Positions 54,631 through 64,000 of a DNA stretch of 64,000 bases are shown here, one piece after another. The translations under genes and the position numbers were made by a program. This DNA comes from Eledone cirrhosa (taxonomy: Eukaryota). Numbering within the stretch: the first letter of the stretch is position 1; every line of letters starts with the position of its first letter. The notes below the pieces were generated by a model, which was given only the letters and a program-made list of their open reading frames with translations, did not search any database and was not told the origin of the DNA. The stretch is from the NCBI GenBank assembly GCA_964016885.1, contig OZ024764.1, forward strand, positions 4,898,001-4,962,000. Direction: 5' to 3'.

Positions 54631-56460
54631 GTAAGTGTTACCTTAACATACTGTCTAACCATTGTTTAATCTGCTCCTCCCTCTACCTCTCCCTTTATAC
54701 ACACACACACATATATACCCCTATATATATATGTATACACACACACACACAAATATATACACATATATACATATATATATACACACATATATATATAATC
54801 ACATATATATATACATATATACAAGCGAGACACGGCCTGCTGACCAATCTCGCCTTAAGTGGGACAAAACCGTCCAACCCATGCTAGCATGGAAGATGGA
54901 CTTTAAATGATGATGATATATACACACTGACACATATATATACATATATATATACACATATATATACGCATATATTTATACATATATATATATACACATA
55001 TATATACGCATATATCTATATATATATATATGAGTTCAAGTCCGCCGAGGTTAACTTTGCCTTTCATCTTTACGAGGTCGATAAAATAAAGTACCAGTGG
55101 TGTACTGGGGTAATCGCTGGCCTTGTGCCAAAAGTAGAAACTATATTTATATATATATATAACCAAAGATTAATATAGTTCGTTGATTACTCAACGAATA
55201 CAGTTGTACAATAGATTAGAAGAACTCAACAGTGAAAGTTTTCCTGGACTTTTTAATATTAACAAATGAAAAATATTCTCATAATCAAAATATATACTTT
55301 ATTATATACATTTCAAAGGTATATGACATACCTCTACGGTCTTGATTCTTCAATTCCAGTATTGCAGTCACTGCCAATACTGGAATTGAAGAATCAAGAC
55401 CGTAGCGCTATGTCATAATCATATATTTTGTCTGATGAGGACGTACTGAAAAAACAACAATATATATAATATAGTATATATTTTGATTATGCGAATATTT
55501 TTCATTTGTTAACATTTTGAATAATATATATACATATATATATATACATATATATATATATGTATAGGTAAAATGAATAATGAAAGAGTTGCAAGCCTTT
55601 AAAACATATCTTTATAAAGCTCTTACATATGTTATATATATATATATCATCATTATCATTTTATGTCCGCTTTTCCCTGCTTGCAAGGGTTGGGCTCTCA
55701 CCACCACTGGCCATGTTTTTCGTGGTCTTCCTTTTACTGGGATTTTTTAGCACCTCTTTACCCAGCAGTCATCCTCGATGCGCATCACTTGTCCATACCA
55801 TCTCAGTCTTCTCTCCTGCACACCACAACTCATCCCCAGTTTCTCTCTCAACTCATCTATGGTCTTGTCGTTCACGCACATTGACACACACACACACACA
55901 CATATATATATATTAATTCTATTGACTGATTAATAGCTCTTGTTAATTTTAAAACCATTCTGTTGAGAGCTTAATTCGTTCTGTGATATTTTGCAATTTT
56001 GCAATAACACACATACTGAATTCATCCGCCAAAACTAAGGGCTGCCCCCCACCCCCCCTGTGAAGCCCCACGTGGGTTTTGATAACGGTCAGTCCTTGGC
56101 TTGGCACTGAACTAAAAGCCTGTTGAGAAAGTGACTTCCTTGTTCGATCATCATACCAAAAGCTTAACATTATTTGTCTAAGTAGACAGTACTTGATTTA
56201 GGAGTTGCAGAAACCCAATACTGGATATTACCAACCTTCCAGGGGTCCGGGTATAATTTTCCATCATATTTTATTTGTTTTACTCGAATTACTTGGTCGT
56301 GTCTATGGCTGTGCGGATAATTGTTTAACCATCGTCTCAGTGTGTTTGGCCTTTTAACTTATGTTGTTGCTCTAGTTCACTAGCTTCTATGGAGCGCCTG
56401 CCACACATCTCGGAAGTTGTTTTTCGTTAATTTCCAATAGCAGAAATGCAATTCTCGCTA

Positions 56461-56498
<38 letters not shown>

Positions 56499-57339
56499 GT
56501 ATAAGGGATAACAAAATATCGTTATAGGTAATCCAGGTAGAAGTTGTGAATACTCTGTATTGTGGTTAGTCTTAGTCTACAGCGTTGTTTGACTCAACAA
56601 GAGGTTTCCGTAGGTGGCAAGTATTTGAGTTCTCTTGAATTTCTATGTAAGTTTATCTTGGAGTAATAATATTGAAAGCGTGAAGAATAACATGGTCAAC
56701 AGTACAAAAGAAGGTTTTTATTTACAGTATTAACAATTGTTTCACTGATTAAGTTGTCTAAAAATCGCTGAAAACTTAAAGCTGTGCCACTCAATCTACT
56801 ATATATATTGGAAGTGGTCGGACGTTGTATATTTAAGTAAATAAGTAGGTGTAGTCGGATAAACGTCGAAACGGCTTGGTAGAATGCAGCGAAAATTTAC
56901 ACAGTTATGCAGAATTGTAGCAGTTAATGATGATATATATGTAAAAGAAATAGGATTTCGCTTCAAGCATATCTTTATACAATATGTATAAATATTTTGT
57001 ATCTCCAAAGAAATACGGTTTTAGGAAGCCTTAGCTCTGCAAACCCTGGGGGGCTAACGTCCTCTGGTGATGTCCAGCAGAAGCAAGGGGGACAACCGTC
57101 TATGCATTTCAGGCTTAACTGACCATCGTCTGGACAGTCCCTCCCACTGCTTGCGACTGCTGGCCAGTTAAGCGTGAAATGCATAGACGGTTGTCCCCCT
57201 TGCTTCTGCTGGACATCACCAGAGGCCTTGAAACCCTAAGTCCCTTTTGCTCTGTGTATGAACAGAAATAAATAATGTAATATATATATATGTATGTGTG
57301 TATCTATTTATATATTTAACTATTTTTTTCTCATTACAG

Positions 57340-57375
57340 GAACACCACTACTTCAATTGATTCCAATAAATTGAT
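57340..57375 (+). CDS. Micro-exon E11 (class A), 36 nt, phase 2-2, NTTTSIDSNKL
   Basis: ttttttctcattacAG | gaacacca...aaattgat | GTAAGT; both other frames contain stops. Confidence 0.8.
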
Positions 57376-58683
57376 GTAAGTGTTACCTTAACATACTGTC
57401 TAACCATTGTTTAATCTGCTCCTCCCTCTACCTCTCCCTTTATACACACACACACATATATACCCCTATATATATATGTATACACACACACACACAAATA
57501 TATACACATATATACATATATATATACACACATATATATACATATATACAAGCGAGACACGGCCTGCTGACCAATCTCGTCTTAAGTGGGACAAAACCGT
57601 CCAACCCATGCTAGCATGGAAGATGGACTTTAAATGATGATGATATATATACACTGACACATATATATACATATATACAAATATATATACGCATATATCT
57701 ATATATATATATATATGAGTTCAAGTCCGCCGAGGTTAACTTTGCCTTTCATCTTTACGAGGTCGATAAAATAAAGTACCAGTGGTGTACTGGGGTAATC
57801 GCTGGCCTTGTGCCAAAAGTAGAAACTATATTTATATATATATAACCAAAGATTAATATGGTTCGTTGATTACTCAACGAATACAGTTTTACAATAGATT
57901 AGAAGCACTCAACAGTGAAATTTTCCTGGAGTTTTTAATATTATTCAAAATATTAACAAATGAAAAATATTCTCATAATCAAAATATATACTTTATTATA
58001 TACATTTCAAAGGTATATGACATACCTCTACGGTCTTGATTATTCAATTCCACTATTGGCAGTGACTATATATTTATAGGCAAAATGAATAATGAAAGAG
58101 TTGCAAGCCGTTAAAACATATCTTTATAAAGCTCTTACATATGTTATATATATATATATCATCATCATCATTATATGTCCGCTTTTCCCTGCTTGCAAGG
58201 GTAGGGCTCTCACCACCACCGGCCATGTTTTTTGTGGTCTTCCTCTACTGCGTCTTCCTTCTACTGGGATTTTTTAGCACCTCTTTACCCAGCGGTCATC
58301 CTCGATGCACATCACTTGTCCATACCATCTCAGTCTTCTCTCCTGCACATCACAACTTATCCCCAGTTTCTCTCTCAACTCATCTATGCTCTTGTCGTTC
58401 ACGCACATTGACACACACACATACACATATATGTATATATATATATACACACACACATATAAGGGATAACAAAATATCGTTATAGGTAATCCAGGTAGAG
58501 GTTGTGAATACTCTGTATTGTGGTTAGTCTTAGTCTACGGCGTTGTTTGACTCAACAAGAGGTTTCCGTAGGTGGCAAGTATTTGAGTTCTCTTGAATTC
58601 CTATGTAAGTTTATCTTGGAGTAATAATATTGAAAGCGTGAAGAATAACATGGTCAACAGTACAAAAATAGGTTTTTATTTAC

Positions 58684-58789
58684 AGTATTAACAATTGTTT
58701 CACTGATTAAGTTGTCTAAAAATTGCTGAACACTTGAAGCTGTGCCACTCAATTTTAAATATGTTGTTAGCTTAACCAGATCATCAGAA

Positions 58790-58793
<4 letters not shown>
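58684..58793 (-). ncRNA. Type I hammerhead-like motif in a (TA)n-flanked repeat (Penelope-like remnant)
   Basis: Minus strand UAUU-CUGAUGA-UCUGGUUAAG...CUUAAUCAGU-GAAA-CAAUUGUU^AAUA; palindromic stem III. Confidence 0.5.
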
Positions 58794-58832
<39 letters not shown>

Positions 58833-59254
58833 TACAAATTATGTCCATAGAACCATTTGATAAGATATATACACCATTTCCTCTCCCAATTAGCATAATC
58901 AACCACACAAAAAATCAATTAGACCAGGCTATAAGATTAAAAGGCACCTATGATAAAATAGTAGATAAATAAACGACAGCATTTCAATAGCATGTGGAAA
59001 TCAATTAAATATATCGTCAACCATACACAATTAGGTATAAAATTAAAGTTAGAAGAAAAAATGCATATACACATACCAGGATTATGTTTCTACCCTTTAG
59101 GGTTTCGTTTGCATTTGGAAATATACTATCAAGGATAAATTCGATATAAATTCTATAAATTTATCAAGGATAAATTTATAGTATATTGCTCTGATTATTT
59201 AATTTATTAATTCATCATTGAGCCACATCGTGAATGGTTGCCAAAAACATATAT

Positions 59255-59380
59255 ATCTATGACTTTGTCTAGTTTGTGTATATGTAAATCTTTATATTGA
59301 TTGTTCCTTATGTAGCACAGCCTTTCAGATTCCATCTTTGCGCACAAGTCTACAGCAAGCTGGTTGAAGAGTACTCTTGC
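59255..59380 (-). mobile_element. Helitron Rep/helicase N-terminal fragment (decayed)
   Basis: LFNQLAVDLCAKMESERLCYIRNNQ resembles the Helitron motif LFxQFxVDMYAKIESERLxYIRxNQ; cut off by the adjacent RTE. Confidence 0.65.
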
Positions 59381-59384
59381 ACGG

Positions 59385-60855
59385 TGGAACAGCAACGTAG
59401 TAAGTAAGGCAATCAAAGATATGAAGATGGGGAAGGCAACCGGTCCATCGGGTATAGCTGCCGAGATGCTGAAGGCATCTGGGTCTGTAGGTCACACTAT
59501 AACCACACGTATTGTTAACCAGGTAATACTAGAAGGTGTCATACCAAAAGATTGGTGCAGTAGCATCATTGTCAACTGCTACAAAAGTAAAGGTGATGCA
59601 CTAGATAGAGGAAACTATAGAGGTATAAAGCTGATGGACCAGGTCATGAAAGTAACAGAAAGAGTTATAGCACAGTTGAAGAGGCACCACTGATGCCCTC
59701 TTCCTTGTCAGGCAGTTACAGGAAAAGTACCTAGCTAAAAGTAAGCCACTCTACCTGGCATTTGTCGACCTTGAGAAAGCCTTTGACAGAGTTCCACGTG
59801 CTGTAATCTGGTGGGCTCTTAGAAAACTAGGAGTAGATGAATAGCTTGTGAAAGTGGTACAAGCCATGTATAGGGGAGCAGTCAGCAAAGTTAGGATTAG
59901 CAATGAGTATAGCGAGGAATTTAGCGTACAGGTTGGGGTCCATCAGGGCTCTGTTCTTAGCCCCCTCCTGTTCATCATTGTCCTGCAGGCAATAACGGAG
60001 GACTTTAAGACCGGATGCCCATGGGAACTCCTGTATGCTGATGACCTCGCACTCATAGCTGAATCTATGGTAGAACTAGAGAAGAAATTCCAAACTTGGA
60101 AGCAGGGACTAGAAAGAAAGGGTCTCAAAGTCAACATGACAAAGACTAAGGTCCTTGTAAGTAGACGAGAAAACAGAACCCAGATCCCCTCAGGGAAATG
60201 GCCTTGCTCAGTATGTAGGAACTCCATTCTCTGCCCCAAATGCAAACAATGAGTACACAAGAGATGTAGCGGGATCTCAGGAAGCTTAATTAAGAATGTA
60301 GGCTTCACATGCAGCAGCTGTGCTGGGACAGCAAGCAGCAAACAGCCACAGGAAACAAGTACCACCAATCTCTGGGAGGGCTCTGTAGAAACAGTAGACA
60401 GCTTCTGCTACCTAGGTGACCGAATTAGCAGCGGAGGTGGGTGTTCAGAAAGTACAATAACTAGGGTAAGAATGGAATGGAAGAAGTTTAGGGAACTACT
60501 ATCACTGCTAGCTGCAAAAGGCTTCTCCCTCAAAATGAAAGGCAGACTGTATGATGCGTGTATCCGAACAGCGATGTTGCATGGTAGTGAGACCTGGGCT
60601 CTGAAGGTGGAAGACTTACGTAGATTAGAGAGAAACGAAGCCTGCATGCTCCGATGGATGTGTAACAGTAATATACGCGAACGACAAAGCATAAATGAAT
60701 TGAGAGACTGAGCATAAGAGGAATCAAATGCTGTGTGCAGGAGAGGCGGTTGCGCTGGTATGGACATGTGATGCGTATGAAGGATGACAGCTGCATAAAA
60801 AGGTGCAGAGCACTAGAAGTCGATGGAAACCACGGAGTGGAGGGACCCAAGATGA
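59385..60855 (+). mobile_element. Longest RTE LINE reverse-transcriptase remnant; single copy in window; pseudogenised
   Basis: GKATGPSGI, NYRGIKL, AFVDLEKAFDRV, GVHQGSVLSPLLF, LLYADDL, GLKVNMTKTK, RLRWYGHVMRM with stops, deletions and frameshifts. Confidence 0.92.
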
Positions 60856-62708
60856 GGAGAGAAAGAGTGTGAGAGAGAGAGAGTGAGAGAAAGAGAGGGA
60901 GTGAAAGAGAGAAATAGAGGGATTGAGAGAGATACATTAAAACAATAACAGAAGGTCTGACTGGAGAATTTACTTTAGAATTTTAAGAGAAAAGAGGAAG
61001 ATTTCAGACTTCTGGAATTCCTTCACGAAAATGTCCTATATATCTGGAACACAAACTTCAAAAAATGAGACAACCACTTAATAACCTATAGATCATGTGA
61101 GCCCACCAGCTAGATAGATTTCATTGTTACCAGAAGACAGAGTGACTGTTATAAACACAATGTCCCTCCCTAGTGAAGAATGCACCTCCCAAAATACCTT
61201 AGAAGACAACCTGGAAGAAAAGAGTAGAGATCAAAATCAAAAGGTCTTAAAGTCAATTTGGTAAAGACTAAAGTTCTAGTAAGTAGAAAGGAAAACTGGG
61301 CCCAGATCTCTTCAGGTAAACTGTCCTGCTCAGTGTGCAGAAAAGGAGTAGGTAGAAATTCCCATCCTATGTCCCATATAGAAATGATGGGTACACAAAA
61401 GATGTTGTGGGATCTGAGGGAGGCTAACAAAGAACGTAGCTTCTATATGTGGCCAATGAACAGGAGCAGTAAATAACAAGAACTCTCAGGTTACAATCTC
61501 CTTCAAATACCCAGAAGTCTCTGTAGAGGTGGTAGATAGTTTCTGTTACCTAGGTGACTAAATCAGCAGTGGAGTAGGGTGGTCCAAAAATTCAGTAACC
61601 AGAGTGAGATTAGATTGGAGAAAGTGCAGGGATCTACTACTACTGCAAACTACAAAACATTTTTCCCTCAAAATGAAGGGCAGACTGTATGATGCAGGTA
61701 TACAAACAACAATGTTGTACAGCAGCGAGACCTGGGCACTGTGTGTAGAAGATCTGTAAAGATTGGAAAGAAATGAGCCTCCATGCTTCAATGGATGTGC
61801 CATAGTAATATATGCAAATGGCAAAACATAAATGTACTGTGAGAGGATTTAGGCATAAGAGGGATTAGATGCAGTGTGCAGGAGTGGGATTGTTTTGGTA
61901 TAGACATGTGATGTGTATGAAGGGTGACAGCTGTATAAAAAGGTGCCAAACGCACAAAGTTGACAGAGGCCGTGGAGTGGGCAGGTCTAGGAAGACTTGG
62001 GATGAGGTAAGGAAAGCTGATTTTGCACAATTACACCTAGCTAAGGCAATGACACAGGATGGTGACTTCTGGCGCTATGCACAATTATAGAGGACTACAT
62101 CCACAATCCACCAGACATTTTCCCTACCAACACCCCACACAAGTTCCCAAACCTCACCATAAAGTGGTCCCGCTGCAGCCATGACAAACGTGTCCAGTCC
62201 ACACTGTACAGTGGTCTTGTAGGTGTCTTGCCAAAAATCAATATTGGGCCTTAAAACCTTGAGTCCCTTTTGTTCTGTGTATGAACATAAATAATTGTTT
62301 CTACTTTTGGCACAAGGCCAGCAATTATCCAGTGCATTACTGGTACTTTATTTTATCGACCCCGTAAGGATGAAAGGCAAAGTTAACCTCGGCGGGATTT
62401 GAACTCAGATCATACAGGGAGGTAACTATGCTTCAAAGCATGGCGTCCGACCCTCTACCGATACTGCCAATCCACCGCCTGAACATAAATAAATAATTGG
62501 TTCTACTTTAGGCACAAGGCCAGCAATTACCTAGTACATTACTGGTACTTTATTTTATCGACTCCGTAAGGATGAAAGGCAAAGTCAACCTCGGAGGGAT
62601 TTGAACTCAGATCGGAAAGGGACGTAACTAAATAAATAATGTAGTATATATATATATATTTGTGTGTGTATCTATTTATATATTTAAGTATATTTTTTGT
62701 AATCACAG

Positions 62709-62750
62709 GACTGATACAGAGGAGGGTACCGCTCCAGAAAATAATGACGA
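62709..62750 (+). CDS. Micro-exon E12 (class B), 42 nt, phase 2-2, TDTEEGTAPENND
   Basis: ttttttgtaatcacAG | gactgata...aatgacga | GTACGT. Confidence 0.75.
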
Positions 62751-62808
62751 GTACGTTTTACATACTATCTAACCATTATTCTATCTGTTCCTTCCCGTCT
62801 CTCTCTCT

Positions 62809-62910
<102 letters not shown>

Positions 62911-63136
62911 AGGTGTATTACTGGTTGTGTAAAACGGTCCAATAAATTTTTGTTAGCAATATTAAGTCTCCACGCTTTTGTATATCTCCAATTCCATTCA
63001 AGGGAACAGCTAGATGATGTAAAACGGAGTATTTCTATCAAAATGAAAATCCGAAGGCAAGGTAAAATTTCCAATCATTTTAATCACATCGTGATTAAAA
63101 TGATTGGAAATCTTACCTTCCTTTGGATTTTCATTT

Positions 63137-63182
<46 letters not shown>

Positions 63183-64000
63183 CTGTCTCTTATAAACCAC
63201 GTTGGCTATTATGACACTCTCTCCAACATAGAGAGCTATGTTGGCTAATATGACTATCTCTCTCTATGTTGGCTATTATGACTCTCTCTCTCTCTCTCTC
63301 TCTCCCTCCCTCTCTATGTTGGCTATTATGACTCTCTCTCTCCCTCTCTATGTTGGCTATTATGACTCTCTCTCTCTCTATGTTGGCTATAATGACTCTC
63401 TCTCTCTCTATGTTGGCTATAATGACTCTCTCTCTATCTATGTTGGCTATTATGTCTCTCTCTGTTCAAGCTTTATGAAGTTAGATGAACATCTTCAAAG
63501 TCCTCCCATATTCGCCTTGTCTAATATGCGTTCTTGTACCTGATTATTTCCCCCAAATCTCCTGGGAAGTTATAAACCATGATGGCTACCTATCTCACAA
63601 TTTCTTTCCTGCCCACCCCCTCATACCACCATAGTCTATTCGACCAATCAAACCTCAGAAACATGTCCCCACCCATTACCAACCCCAACAAACTCTGCCA
63701 TTACTACTACTTCTACTTTTCTTCTAGCCCTTACCAGCCCCAACAAACCCTGACATTATTACTACTATTATCCTTCTAGCCATGGGCTGAGGATAAATGG
63801 GGCTACCCCAAATTAATAAATGAATATGAATCCGCGAGTTACCAAGCACCCATGCAAAGCTTTAATTCAGAGACAGGAAGCATACACACCCCACTGCAAA
63901 AATTCACCCTTTCCCACGAGTGGTGGCAAATGCCCAAAACTCCGAGTTGGAACCATCAATGTAAGCACAATGAAAGGAAGAGCAGGAGAAATTGTAGAGA

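Noticed and set aside
59385-60855. RT near hypervariable segments suggesting a diversity-generating retroelement
   Set aside because: The RT is an ordinary broken RTE LINE, no template repeat is seen, and exon differences are not restricted to adenines.

Overview
Eukaryotic, AT-rich DNA made almost entirely of repeats, with no intact conventional gene. The SINE types, RTE LINE family and (TA)n/(CA)n tracts suggest a mollusc, probably an octopus-like cephalopod (inference). The window is a mosaic of recent multi-kb tandem duplications built from decayed RTE LINE fragments, tRNA-derived SINEs, a 15-bp satellite, a ~28-30-bp minisatellite, foldback elements and hammerhead-bearing Penelope-like remnants. 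Almost all supplied ORFs are artefacts of these repeats. The main signal is missing from the ORF track: 12 short + strand segments (27-78 nt), each framed by a branch point, pyrimidine tract, CAG acceptor and GT donor. All have lengths divisible by 3 and are open in the same phase-2 frame. They are strongly and mostly non-synonymously diverged while their flanks are nearly identical between copies. I read this as the interior of a gene with a tandem array of hypervariable symmetric micro-exons; the first and last exons lie outside the window, and expression is not shown by the sequence.
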